64,000 bases of DNA from Candidatus Heimdallarchaeota archaeon (GCA_011364965.1 RDOB01000006.1:1-64000), one strand, 5' to 3'. Positions 9,352-19,422 are shown, counted from the first letter of the stretch. Notes: generated by a model from the sequence alone, not told the origin. Program-made: numbers and translations.

Positions 9352-10140
9352 ATGGTCTCGTTCGGAGAGTTAGAATCGTTCTTAGCTTTCTTCGTATTCA
9401 CATCACAAGGAAAAACACTAATTTCTCAAGATTTTCGAGATAAAAAGGGAAGGATAAAATTCCCAGAAAGACATATTTTTACTCTTTTAACATCAGCATA
9501 TGAAGTATCTCAAGGTTTGAAAGAGGAATCGATTTCTGAGGGGCAGATCTTTCACGTAGATTTTGCTTCGATGAGAATTGCTGGAATTCAAAGACCAGAA
9601 GGGATTTTTTCCTTAGTTGCTGCAGCATCGGCCTCTCTATTGGATATAGAGTTTAAATTAAGAACATTAATGACCCTGTTTCTGGGGAGTTTCAGTCATA
9701 AGTTTGGCTTGAAGAGCATACGACTTGGTAAACGGGAAAGAGAAGAATTTTATGAATCCATTCAAACAGTTATGTCTGGAGAATCCCGATATATGACTGA
9801 GGCGCTAAAAAAATCCGTTGATGAATGCTTATTTGCGTGGGTTACGAGTGATGATGCAATTAATGGCGCATGTGTTACATCTTTTACGGGTGCTGTAATA
9901 GTTAACCAGATGAACTTAGAAATTCTACCTGCAGCGATGCGAGCCATTCGTGGAGCGTTTGCAGCTCACCTAGAGAAACCTAGGTTCTTCATGGCTGTAT
10001 CAGGAGCTTCAAATATTTTCGTTTATATCCTTGGTGAAGGACTTCTTCTCTTGGTTGATGCCAATCCTGCTGTTCCAGCTTCCTCGACTGTTGAAAGAGT
10101 GGAATCAAAGGTAGACGAGATTCGAAATTTGATTCTTTAG
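9352..10140 (+). CDS. Longin-like plus roadblock-like two-domain protein
   Basis: N-terminal FFVFTSQGKTLISQDF (longin-type start); C-terminal INGACVTSFTGAVI...LLLLVDA (roadblock-type); 8 bp after the GTPase with a GGTGA SD. Confidence 0.6.
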   Translation: MVSFGELESFLAFFVFTSQGKTLISQDFRDKKGRIKFPERHIFTLLTSAYEVSQGLKEESISEGQIFHVDFASMRIAGIQRPEGIFSLVAAASASLLDIEFKLRTLMTLFLGSFSHKFGLKSIRLGKREREEFYESIQTVMSGESRYMTEALKKSVDECLFAWVTSDDAINGACVTSFTGAVIVNQMNLEILPAAMRAIRGAFAAHLEKPRFFMAVSGASNIFVYILGEGLLLLVDANPAVPASSTVERVESKVDEIRNLIL

Positions 10141-10188
10141 TTTCGTATATCAATTTATCTCCTCTTCTTTCATATGGGGTTATGAAAC

Positions 10189-12258
10189 GTGGTTGGAAAT
10201 AGTATTTATCTCCCAATTTTGTTTCATTTCCACCAACCCATAGGGAATTTACCATGGGTTATGGAAAATGCATTTAAAAAATCCTATCTTCCGCTATTAC
10301 AAACTATCATGAAATTCCCCAAACTAAAGGTAAGTTTTCACTTTAGCGGTTCTCTCCTCTCTTGGCTTTCTTTAAAACAGCCTGATTACTTGTCCATGAT
10401 AAAAGAGCTCTATCTAAGAAAGCAAGTTGAAGTAATCGGAGGAGGTTTTTACGAACCAATTTTTGCAGCAATACCAGTTGAGGATTTAGAGCAGCAGGTT
10501 CAAAAATTAAGTTCATGGTGGTGGCGTAACTATCGCGTTCGAACCCAAGGTGTTTGGATTGCTGAACGAGTTTGGAATCCAGAACTTCCAATAATATTGA
10601 ATAAACAAGGAATAAAATTTACCTTCATCGATGATTATTTATTTAAGCTTGCAGGAATTCAAGAAGCGCATCATACTTATGTAACAGAGTTTAGTGGAAA
10701 AAAGATAACTATTTTTCCAATTAATGAACAAATCAGATATTTAATTCCTTGGAAAGATCCCCAAGAGACCATTAAATATCTAAAAAATAAATCGGAATCG
10801 CTTCTTAACAGGGTTATTGTACTAATTTCCGATGCTGAAAAAATGGGTGTTTGGCCAGCAGGAGAGCGGACAACTTATGATATTTGTTACGTAAACGGAT
10901 ACTCGGGGGAACCATGGCTGTCTGAATTTTTTAAAGCAATATTAGAAAACAATTGGATTAAAACCATTCATTTCAGTGAATATTCATCTCATCACAAACC
11001 AAAAGGATTGATTTATCTTCCGACCTCCTCTTATGATAAAATGGCAATTTGGGCGTTACCTACCTCTCTTCGTGTGAAAGCGGAAGAAATTAAAAAGAAA
11101 ATCACCTCTGGGGATTCATTTTATTCTGAAGAGCTTGATACTCTAATTTCAGGGGCTCTTTGGCAAAATTTTTTAGTTAAATATCCTGAATCAAATATAA
11201 TGCACAAAAGGATGCTTTATTGTAGAAGTAAAGTCATCAATACGCAAAATGAAGGAACCATAGATAAGGAACATTTATCCGTGATTTGGGATAATATACT
11301 TGCTTCTCAAGCAAACGATGCTTATTGGCATGGTCTTTTTGGAGGGATATATTATAAATTCCTACGTCACACAATTCACAAACATATTATAACAGCTGAA
11401 CATTTATTGGATAATATTCCTTCAAAAAAGGATACGAGTGTATTAAGGGTACAGGATATTTTGTTCGATGGACATTTGGATGCAATCCTTGAGAATGAAT
11501 ATATTTCTTGTTATATTTCCCCCTTAAATGGAGGATCAATTTTCTGCCTAAACCTAAAGGACAAAGGTTATAATTTCTTAAATGTTATGACAAGAAGAAA
11601 AGAATCTTATCACTATCAGCATAATCTTGATGTTATAGAAGATCGTTTCCTTAAATGGATGTTTCAGGATCACTTTGTTGATTCTTTAAATGATCTAAAT
11701 AAATATTTCAACGATACATATGTTGAATACGGAAATTTTGCTGGACACAATTATGATATTATTTCTTCTGAGAATACATTAATGCTAAAAAGAGCTGGCA
11801 GTGTAAAAAACAAAAATCTGGAAACTAACGTTACAATTTATAAAAAATTTTCATTAGAATTAAATATTCTCTATATAGACTATCAAGTGGAATTCGAAGG
11901 CCCAATTCTTCCCGATTTAACATTTATACCTGAACTCAATCTTACGTGTAGCTCTTTTCCTTATAAAACGTCGTTAAAATGTAATAGCGAAATTTTTGGA
12001 TTAGAAAAAATGCATACTTTACTTTGCCATTCATTAATATTTAGGGATTTAAATGAGCAGGAATTGGTAGCTCTAGAAATAAGCTTTCCTGTATTAACAG
12101 AATGTATAATATTTCCAATCTATGTCACTCTTTTAAGTGAAAATGGGCTTGAAGAGCAATATCAAGGTTCCTCAATATTCCCATTATTTCGAATATCTGA
12201 AAAAACTATGAAATTTCAAATGCAACTGCAATTATTCTCCTTGAATAAACAAAGTTAA
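10189..12258 (+). CDS. GH57 alpha-amylase/4-alpha-glucanotransferase
   Basis: HFHQPIGN, GGGFYEPI, WIAERVW (nucleophile Glu), SDAEKMG (acid/base Asp), QANDAYWHGLFGG. Confidence 0.93.
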   Translation: MVGNSIYLPILFHFHQPIGNLPWVMENAFKKSYLPLLQTIMKFPKLKVSFHFSGSLLSWLSLKQPDYLSMIKELYLRKQVEVIGGGFYEPIFAAIPVEDLEQQVQKLSSWWWRNYRVRTQGVWIAERVWNPELPIILNKQGIKFTFIDDYLFKLAGIQEAHHTYVTEFSGKKITIFPINEQIRYLIPWKDPQETIKYLKNKSESLLNRVIVLISDAEKMGVWPAGERTTYDICYVNGYSGEPWLSEFFKAILENNWIKTIHFSEYSSHHKPKGLIYLPTSSYDKMAIWALPTSLRVKAEEIKKKITSGDSFYSEELDTLISGALWQNFLVKYPESNIMHKRMLYCRSKVINTQNEGTIDKEHLSVIWDNILASQANDAYWHGLFGGIYYKFLRHTIHKHIITAEHLLDNIPSKKDTSVLRVQDILFDGHLDAILENEYISCYISPLNGGSIFCLNLKDKGYNFLNVMTRRKESYHYQHNLDVIEDRFLKWMFQDHFVDSLNDLNKYFNDTYVEYGNFAGHNYDIISSENTLMLKRAGSVKNKNLETNVTIYKKFSLELNILYIDYQVEFEGPILPDLTFIPELNLTCSSFPYKTSLKCNSEIFGLEKMHTLLCHSLIFRDLNEQELVALEISFPVLTECIIFPIYVTLLSENGLEEQYQGSSIFPLFRISEKTMKFQMQLQLFSLNKQS

Positions 12259-12285
12259 GAATTAGAAGAATGTATATTAGAATTT

Positions 12286-12393
12286 TTACAGAATGAATAA
12301 CAAGAATAAAATTCCCATAAGGAAAAGTAAACCAGCACCCCATGTAAATATGATATCCAGAAGAAGTTTAATTCTACTTGTTTCGCATATCAC
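12286..12393 (-). CDS. Putative 35-aa single-pass membrane micro-protein
   Basis: GTG at 12393 gives (M)ICETSRIKLLLDIIFTWGAGLLFLMGILFLLFIL; TTTATAAA box at 12424-12431, about 30 nt upstream. The longer 99-aa call overlaps the divergent gene. Confidence 0.4.
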   Translation of the reverse strand: MICETSRIKLLLDIIFTWGAGLLFLMGILFLLFIL

Positions 12394-12525
12394 TTTTTCT
12401 CTGAGTAAATGGGGACTCTTGGATTTATAAACCCTTGCATTTTTGAATCTAGAGGGCAGAAAATAAGAAAAGATTTTCTTTATAATCCAAGTGTAACATA
12501 TTATAGAAAAAAATGGTGATAAATA

Positions 12526-12924
12526 ATGATAAATTGGAAAAGAACTTTGCGGAAGAATATTGACCTCTTTGGTCGTGTTCGGCAATTTTTTTTACGTGGC
12601 CATAGTAATTGGTTTGCACTCGCCTTTTCTATGTTGAATTTTACGTTAATTTTCTATAATTTGCTTTTTAAAGAATTATACTTTATTCCTGACGCTTTGA
12701 AGCACTATAGCATATTTTTCATTATATTTGGTGTGTTTTATTTTCCTTCAGCCACCATATTAGGGTACTTAGATTTTAAGAAGGGTACATATAAAGCTGA
12801 ACAAGAAATTACCTTGAAGTATTCTCCTCTATGGCAGCAGCTGTTTTCAAAACTAGAAAAGCTTGAACAAGAGAATATGAAGTTATTACAAGAGGTTCAA
12901 CGACTGCAAAAAAATAATGATTAA
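12526..12924 (+). CDS. Two-TM membrane protein with C-terminal coiled coil
   Basis: Two hydrophobic segments, heptad tail LEKLEQENMKLLQEVQRL, GGTGA SD. Confidence 0.7.
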   Translation: MINWKRTLRKNIDLFGRVRQFFLRGHSNWFALAFSMLNFTLIFYNLLFKELYFIPDALKHYSIFFIIFGVFYFPSATILGYLDFKKGTYKAEQEITLKYSPLWQQLFSKLEKLEQENMKLLQEVQRLQKNND

Positions 12925-12969
12925 ACCTACAGAAAACTTCTTGAAGTACACAAATAGTGGATACAAAGG

Positions 12970-13428
12970 TTGATTGAAATGAGACCAGCTAAAATAGGGG
13001 ATATGACTTCCATAGTTGAGCTTATCCATAAATGTTTTTTAGATGAAATACAACGGGGAATGAGCTTAGAATCCCCCGCTTATTTCCAAAATTTAATTGA
13101 AATGGAGAAAATCCTTGTTTTAGTAGAGGAATCAGGCAAAAAAATAATTGCTACCGTGATTCTTAAACTCCAAACAATAGAATTCCCTGCTGAACTTCAA
13201 ATTATCGCTGTTGACTCCTCATATCAAAGAAATGGTATAGCTACAAATCTGATACAAGCTGTGTTAGATATTATGATCGAAAAAGATTGGAGAAAGCTTA
13301 AGGTTTCATCTCGACCTTGGAATGTCGGGATGCGGAAATTGATGGCTAAATTTGGATTTGTTCCTGAAGGACTTCTTAAAAATGAATATTTAGGTGAAGA
13401 TCTGATCATTTATGCTTATTTCCGATAA
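12970..13428 (+). CDS. GNAT family N-acetyltransferase
   Basis: IAVDSSYQRNGIATNL acetyl-CoA motif; N.GM..L..KFGF..EG. Confidence 0.88.
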   Translation: MIEMRPAKIGDMTSIVELIHKCFLDEIQRGMSLESPAYFQNLIEMEKILVLVEESGKKIIATVILKLQTIEFPAELQIIAVDSSYQRNGIATNLIQAVLDIMIEKDWRKLKVSSRPWNVGMRKLMAKFGFVPEGLLKNEYLGEDLIIYAYFR

Positions 13429-13444
13429 CTAAGTTGGTATATAT

Positions 13445-14410
13445 GTGATTATTTTTTCGAGATATGATCTTCGTTTTCTTCTATATTCTGCAGTTATAAT
13501 TGTGCTTTGGAGCACACCTCCTTTAATTTCAAAATTATGGGTAGGAACGACTCAAGAATTTCCTGGATTGTATTTTGGATTTCTTAGGTATTTTGTAGGT
13601 GCAATTACATTATTCATTATTCTCTCTTTTCGAAAAAAGACACACCAAAGTTTATGGAGGTTATTCAAGCAGTCTAAATTTCATATTTTTCTCTCTTCTT
13701 TGTGGTTAAGTTTGATGATTTTCGGACAAAATTTCTCTGTACTCTTCATACTAGGAAGTAGTAGCTCGATTCTGCTTAATTTCAATCCTAGCATAATCTA
13801 TCTTCTTGCTCCTCTTATCTTTCAAGATGAATATTATTCAAAGAAAAGATCTCTAGGGTTTCTTCTTTCCTCTACTGGAGTAATAATTGTTTTTATAGCT
13901 TCAATCGATATTATTAATTCGAATTTAGTTGCCTTCATAATTGGAAATAGTTTGGGATTCCTTTCTGGGGTCGCTTGGGCAGGTTACTCTTTAACAATAA
14001 AATATTTCTTCCAGCAAAAAGATGAATTATCTTCAGAGATTACTTCTTTAAACCTCTTTGCTTCTGCAGTCACCCTGATTCTTGTTTCCTTAATCTTTGA
14101 GACTCCTCCGAGTCCTGAAAGTTATTCCATTGAGAGTATTTGGGGAATTTTAGTAATTGGGGTTGGTGCAGCAGCAATAGCTTTTACTCTTTATTTACGT
14201 TTAATTCAAGAATATGGAGCAACGGAAGCAGGAAACATACAATTTCTAATACCTATTATGTCCTTGATTCTAGCATGGGTATTTTTAAAAGAATTTTCAT
14301 TTTTTGCAATAATTGGCGGCATTATTTGCGCTTTAGGAGTGGCAATTGTGAGTTATAAAGACGATAAATCAACAGATATTCATACACAAGAAAATAGCTT
14401 TTCTAAATAA
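13445..14410 (+). CDS. DMT/EamA family transporter
   Basis: Ten TM in two repeats; GNSLGFLSGVAWAGYS; P..SLILAWVFLKE. Confidence 0.88.
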   Translation: MIIFSRYDLRFLLYSAVIIVLWSTPPLISKLWVGTTQEFPGLYFGFLRYFVGAITLFIILSFRKKTHQSLWRLFKQSKFHIFLSSLWLSLMIFGQNFSVLFILGSSSSILLNFNPSIIYLLAPLIFQDEYYSKKRSLGFLLSSTGVIIVFIASIDIINSNLVAFIIGNSLGFLSGVAWAGYSLTIKYFFQQKDELSSEITSLNLFASAVTLILVSLIFETPPSPESYSIESIWGILVIGVGAAAIAFTLYLRLIQEYGATEAGNIQFLIPIMSLILAWVFLKEFSFFAIIGGIICALGVAIVSYKDDKSTDIHTQENSFSK

Positions 14411-14477
14411 ATATATGATGATGAAGGTATAAAAAGGATTTATTAAAAAGAACCAATCGTATTTTCCTCTTTTACAT

Positions 14478-15761
14478 TTGTACAGGATGACCTCTAATTT
14501 GAATTTGGAAACTCAGAGAGAAATTTCTCCACGGATGAGTCTAATTTCTGCTTTTATACTTCACACTTTCGTTGAAATTCCCTTTTTTATTTTTCCTGTA
14601 GTACTACTCCTTGTGGGTGATGATGTTTTACAATCCCTAGGATCATTGAGTTGGATTGGTTTAGGAGCAATCGGAACAATTGGAACTCTAGCTGCTGCAT
14701 TTCCATCCCCAATATTTGGAGCAATCGCAGATAAATACCGTCGAGGTTCGTTGATGATGCTCAGCGTTGCAGTAGCGGGAATTGGGGCTGCAATAATAGG
14801 TTTATGGGGAGATAAATTTGTTACTCTTCTTATTGGAGAACTTTTACTAGGAATTGCTTTATCGATTTATCATCCCCCAGGATTGTCTTGGGTGTCCTCT
14901 GCATACGAGAGAGGTAATAATATCCCTTTTTCTAATAAGCTAAATAAAATATTGGCCATTCACGGAATAGGTGGAACGTTGGGAGCTTCAATTGGTCCAA
15001 TTTCAGTTTATATTCTCATAACTGATATGAATTGGCGAGAAATATACTTACTTTGGGCATTCCCCGTAATATTTGTTTCTATCATCTTCTGGATTTTTTT
15101 TGGAAGATTTGAAAAGAGAAATAATTATTCTAAAATGAATGAAGAGAAAATGAAGAGCGTGGAAGTCAATCTGGGGTACAATCCCGTGAAAATAATTCTA
15201 CCAATTATTTTCCTATTTGTGATTTCAATGTCTATTGGCCGTGGTATGGTTAATTTCGTTCTTTCCCCTTTTCTTTCTGAAGTAAAAGGGATGCAGATTG
15301 CCACTGCTGCTCTATTCATCGGATTTTCAACATTAATTGGATCAACAGGCCAAATGGCTGGTGGTTATTTCGGAGATAAATATGGGGAGGTGGGTATACT
15401 GGGAATTGCAGCTTTTTCTCAAATTTTTGTGTTGTTTGGAATATTCATTCTGGAAAATCCGGCCATTATATTTTTCTTGTATGTTTTTCTGGGAATAGTG
15501 AATGCTTTATTCTGGCCTTCGACGAATAGTTTAGTTGCAAAATACTCAGCTCAACGTGGAAGAGCATTTGGTATGGTTATGCTGATTGCCAATATATTTG
15601 GAGCTCTTGGCCCGACTATTGATGGAATTTTACTTGCTATATGTAGTGGCCAGTATAATTTTATTTTTATCATTGCTGGTCTTATGTCTGCATTCGCTTT
15701 GTTTTTTTTGGCCTACTTGAAGCTTTTTGATAGAAAAAGGTCCATAAGTGTTGAATACTGA
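14478..15761 (+). CDS. MFS transporter
   Basis: Twelve TM; GAIADKYRR and GYFGDKYG motif A; YHP motif. Confidence 0.88.
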   Translation: MYRMTSNLNLETQREISPRMSLISAFILHTFVEIPFFIFPVVLLLVGDDVLQSLGSLSWIGLGAIGTIGTLAAAFPSPIFGAIADKYRRGSLMMLSVAVAGIGAAIIGLWGDKFVTLLIGELLLGIALSIYHPPGLSWVSSAYERGNNIPFSNKLNKILAIHGIGGTLGASIGPISVYILITDMNWREIYLLWAFPVIFVSIIFWIFFGRFEKRNNYSKMNEEKMKSVEVNLGYNPVKIILPIIFLFVISMSIGRGMVNFVLSPFLSEVKGMQIATAALFIGFSTLIGSTGQMAGGYFGDKYGEVGILGIAAFSQIFVLFGIFILENPAIIFFLYVFLGIVNALFWPSTNSLVAKYSAQRGRAFGMVMLIANIFGALGPTIDGILLAICSGQYNFIFIIAGLMSAFALFFLAYLKLFDRKRSISVEY

Positions 15762-15930
15762 GCATCTTTTGGAAGAAAAAGGAGTATTTTTTTGGCAAGG
15801 AAAAAAGTTTTGGGGCTTTTTATTTTCTTAAACGACTTTTATGGATTTGGTCGACCAATTCAAATCTATATCGAATTAGCTAACAAGATTTATTAATCGT
15901 AGGAGCTATTGGTATAATTGAGAAATACTG

Positions 15931-16575
15931 ATGGCTACAATTCTAATGACCCTAGCTGAAAAGAAAGCTCCTTCTAGATATGATTTAGTAATAGATCTTC
16001 TAACCCTTGGTAAACGCAGAAAAATTTTCCAGTTCATTGAAAAATATATAAAAGAAGATTTTCTCGTACTTGATGCAGGTACAGGATCTGGAAAAGTTTT
16101 GGATCATATTGCACATGCATGGGGAACTCCAATTGGCGTGGATATAAACCCTGAGATGTTAAAAAATACTAAAATCCGATTGAAGACCGAAAGAAAGCAT
16201 TATGAACTCTTAATGTCTAGTATTCTTGAATTACCTTTTAAAAATGAAGCTTTTAATATGATTGTTTGTAATTTTGTCCTTTCTGAATTAACTGTCATGC
16301 AGGTAGCTAATGTACTTACTGAATTTCTAAGATGCCTTCGTAAAACTGGCGTACTTCTTTTAACCGTGGAAAATAAACCAAAAAATAAAATTAGCGGGTT
16401 TATAAATAAATTAATTAGAGCTCCTTCATATATAGTGGCTAGAATATCAACAGGTATATCCAGACATCCAATACACGATATAGAAAACTGTTACCATGAC
16501 TTGAAGGTTCAATTGATTGAAAAAAAGGAATATCTCCTTGGATCTCTAGCAGTTCTGGTCTATGAAAAGAAATAG
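15931..16575 (+). CDS. Class I SAM-dependent methyltransferase, corrinoid protein-associated (CpaM-like)
   Basis: VLDAGTGSG motif I, GVDINPEML, LPF..E.F; N-terminal APSRYD...LLTLG and FVLSEL as recalled for CpaM; adjacent to a corrinoid protein gene. Confidence 0.75.
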   Translation: MATILMTLAEKKAPSRYDLVIDLLTLGKRRKIFQFIEKYIKEDFLVLDAGTGSGKVLDHIAHAWGTPIGVDINPEMLKNTKIRLKTERKHYELLMSSILELPFKNEAFNMIVCNFVLSELTVMQVANVLTEFLRCLRKTGVLLLTVENKPKNKISGFINKLIRAPSYIVARISTGISRHPIHDIENCYHDLKVQLIEKKEYLLGSLAVLVYEKK

Positions 16576-16670
16576 GAATTATATTATATTTTTTAGATAA
16601 AATTGAAAAGCAAAAACAAGTCTACTTACCTACAATCGTAAATTGATATATTTTACCCCCAATAACGGAA

Positions 16671-17642
16671 ATGATACGAAAAATGTCAGTAAATTCTTTT
16701 TTAAAAGAATTAATCTCTGTATTCATCACTGGAATTGCATTTCCAGGTTTTAATTTTCAACAGAAACCCGGATTATATCCAATTGGTGCTCCATCTGAAA
16801 AATCCCCAATCCTTATCACATCAAACTATTTTATAACTGTAAAACGCGTAATATCCTCTCTTAAAAATCAAAAAATTGATTCATGGTTACTTGTCGTAGA
16901 TACTGCTGGAGTGAACGTTTGGTGTTCTGCTGCGGGGGGTAATTTCACAGCAGAGAGAATTTTACAGCAGATCGAAAAAGTGAAACTAAGGGAAAAGCTT
17001 AGTCATAAAAACCTAATATTACCTCAGCTTTCCGCAGCAGGAGTTAATCATATTATTCTAAAGGAAGCTGGTTGGAACGCAAGGTTCGGCCCTGTTGAAA
17101 TCAGAGACCTTGGTGCTTACCTGAAGAATAATTTGGAAAAGTCAAATAAAGCAAAAACAAAAAGCTTCCCTTTTAAGGAGCGGCTTGAACTTAGTATTGG
17201 TCACAATTTCTTTATTTCCCTCATTCTTCTTCCTTTCGTTTTATTAGTGGAGTTATTAAGGAATCCTCTTCCGTTTCTCTCTCCTTGGGCTCAATGGCTT
17301 GTTGCAAATATATTATTCTTACTTTTCTACATTTGGATGTTTGGTTTTCTAGTAGCAATTCTGTATCCGTTTATTCCATTCAAATCTGGATTTCTTAAGG
17401 GATTGATATTGTCGATAGCAATTATTCCCATTGCTGGTTTTTTGTTATTCAGTTCATCATCTCTTGAATTCATACTAGCATTCGGTTCTCTCATTATCTA
17501 TGGTACTGCAATAAGTACTGACTTTGATGGATTCACACCATTGCATGGAATGGATTTTTTTGAGAAGGATTTAATTCTGTTTGCAGGAGTTGCATTGTTA
17601 GTAGTAGTAGGTTTAATTATTTTTCCAGTCGTTCTGACTTAA
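16671..17642 (+). CDS. HgcA-like membrane-anchored corrinoid protein (CdhD/AcsC-type cobalamin domain plus TM domain)
   Basis: PGLYPIG.P...SPILITSNY, LLVVDTAGVNVWCSAAGG (cap-helix Cys), LILPQLSAAGV, FGPV; about 5-6 C-terminal TM helices; DFDGFTP resembles the HgcA NFTG.T motif. Confidence 0.85.
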   Translation: MIRKMSVNSFLKELISVFITGIAFPGFNFQQKPGLYPIGAPSEKSPILITSNYFITVKRVISSLKNQKIDSWLLVVDTAGVNVWCSAAGGNFTAERILQQIEKVKLREKLSHKNLILPQLSAAGVNHIILKEAGWNARFGPVEIRDLGAYLKNNLEKSNKAKTKSFPFKERLELSIGHNFFISLILLPFVLLVELLRNPLPFLSPWAQWLVANILFLLFYIWMFGFLVAILYPFIPFKSGFLKGLILSIAIIPIAGFLLFSSSSLEFILAFGSLIIYGTAISTDFDGFTPLHGMDFFEKDLILFAGVALLVVVGLIIFPVVLT

Positions 17643-17654
17643 GAGGTTTTAATT

Positions 17655-17873
17655 TTGACAATATTATTTAATGAGAAACGATGTGTAGGATGTAAATACT
17701 GTGTTCAAGTGTGTCCAAGGAATTGCTTTGGTTTCAACGATTCAAAACACAAAGCAGAAATAATTCTCCCGTTGAATTGCTTGAACTGCCGAGCTTGTGA
17801 AATTAACTGTGAGGGAGACGCAATAAGAATTGAAAAGCAAATTTTGAAGAATTTTCTATCACAACTTATTTAG
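17655..17873 (+). CDS. 2x[4Fe-4S] ferredoxin in the HgcB position
   Basis: CVGCKYCVQVCP and CLNCRACEINC; GAGG SD with TTG start 12 bp after the corrinoid gene. Confidence 0.9.
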   Translation: MTILFNEKRCVGCKYCVQVCPRNCFGFNDSKHKAEIILPLNCLNCRACEINCEGDAIRIEKQILKNFLSQLI

Positions 17874-17900
17874 TTTTCAAGTTCCCAATGGTGTGAGTGA

Positions 17901-18839
17901 TTGATTGGTGAAATAATTTCAATTATCGCGATCTTTACTTTTGTTTCGTCCAATACAATGTTTAGAAAAATCGAAACAGAAGTTTCACCAATTTTGATTA
18001 ATGCTTTTCGTACTTCTATTGGCGCTATAACCTTTATTTTATTTGGATTAATTTTAAACCTTTGTAATGTGATATCACAGTTTACAAATGAATTGACTTT
18101 ACTACTCATTATAAGTATTGTCTTCGGACAAGTAGTTGGAGACACTGCTTATTTTATTACTCAGATGAGACTTGGAACTACAATCTCCTTGGCAATTTCG
18201 ATGACTTTTCCTTTTTTCACATTTTTTATTAGTATTTTAATATTAAAAAACCCTGTTCCTGTTCGATTTCTAATTTCTTCGATGTTGATCGCTTTAGGGA
18301 TACTAATAATGCATAATTATAAAATTTCTATTGATACAGATTCAAAAAAAACATCTGTTGTGCTTTTGGGTGATTTGAGAGAAAAAACGTTTGCTATTAT
18401 TATGGGAATAATTGCTGCATTTTCATGGGCTTTAGGAATTGTATTTACTGAAATTAGTGTAAATGAAATCTCCTACATTATTGGTTCTGATACTAATAGC
18501 TCTCTTGTAGCGAATGCTTTTCGGTTCCCATTTGCGTCTCTTTGTTTAATATTGTTATCCTACAATGAGGATAGGTCTTTTTTTAGAAAAATACAGGAGT
18601 GGAATAGGGTTATTATAGCATGGTTGTTCTTTGCTTCTATATTAGGAACATCAATTGGGGCATTACTCTATGTGGAAGCAATTCGTATTGCAGGAGCGGC
18701 TTTTGTCTCTATTTTATGGACAGCAAGCCCTTTATTTGCATTACCGATTACATGGTGGCTAAATGCTGAGCAGATCGGTCGAAAAGGGTTCCTAGGTGTT
18801 ATAATAACAATCATTGGAGCGATTCTGAGTATTCAATAG
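17901..18839 (+). CDS. DMT/EamA family transporter
   Basis: Ten TM; GQVVGDTAYF; SPLFALP....LNAEQI. Confidence 0.85.
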   Translation: MIGEIISIIAIFTFVSSNTMFRKIETEVSPILINAFRTSIGAITFILFGLILNLCNVISQFTNELTLLLIISIVFGQVVGDTAYFITQMRLGTTISLAISMTFPFFTFFISILILKNPVPVRFLISSMLIALGILIMHNYKISIDTDSKKTSVVLLGDLREKTFAIIMGIIAAFSWALGIVFTEISVNEISYIIGSDTNSSLVANAFRFPFASLCLILLSYNEDRSFFRKIQEWNRVIIAWLFFASILGTSIGALLYVEAIRIAGAAFVSILWTASPLFALPITWWLNAEQIGRKGFLGVIITIIGAILSIQ

Positions 18840-18873
18840 CAATATCAGAAATCAATTAAATACTTGAAATTCG

Positions 18874-19422
18874 TTAAATAATTCCTTGTTTGGAAAGAAT
18901 TTCTCGGGTGAGATCAGTGAAAACTTCACGTACGTTTTTATCAAGGTATGCAGATGTTTCAATATATTTTAGTGGCTTAAATTCTTGGATAACATGATCT
19001 TCAAGTGTTTCGTAATCTATCTGAATTTCCTCTTCCAAATCACATTTATTGCCAACTAGAATTTTTGGTAGATCTTCACCTAATCGTGAATCTATTTGTT
19101 CTTTCCAAGTATACAACTCATCTAGAGTATCGCTTCTAGTTAAATCAAAAACCAATAAAGCTCCATGGGCTTTCCTAAAAAATACTTCCCTTAGAGTTTG
19201 AAACCTTTCTTGTCCAGCCACATCAAAAATTATAAGGTTAACTAGAAGACCATTAATCTCTATCAATCTATTAGTAGGATCCATTCCCACTGTAAGTAAA
19301 TAATTAAAATCAAATTTATCATCAACGTATCTTCGAACGAGAGAGGTTTTTCCAACCGCGCCACCTCCAGTAACGATGAGCTTTAGATGATACTTAGGTT
19401 TTCGATCAGAATCGTATGCCAT
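18874..19422 (-). CDS. Rab-like small GTPase
   Basis: GGGAVGKT, LTVGMD, FDVAGQERF, NKCD, ETSA. Probable start MAYDSD at 19422 behind AGGTGTG; the ORF track starts at 19455. Confidence 0.93.
   Translation of the reverse strand: MAYDSDRKPKYHLKLIVTGGGAVGKTSLVRRYVDDKFDFNYLLTVGMDPTNRLIEINGLLVNLIIFDVAGQERFQTLREVFFRKAHGALLVFDLTRSDTLDELYTWKEQIDSRLGEDLPKILVGNKCDLEEEIQIDYETLEDHVIQEFKPLKYIETSAYLDKNVREVFTDLTREILSKQGII

Noticed and set aside
16671-17873. Calling these genes bona fide hgcA/hgcB (mercury methylation)
   Set aside because: The cap helix lacks the terminal GK, and the ferredoxin lacks C(M/I)ECGAC and C-terminal cysteines, so only 'HgcAB-like' is supported.
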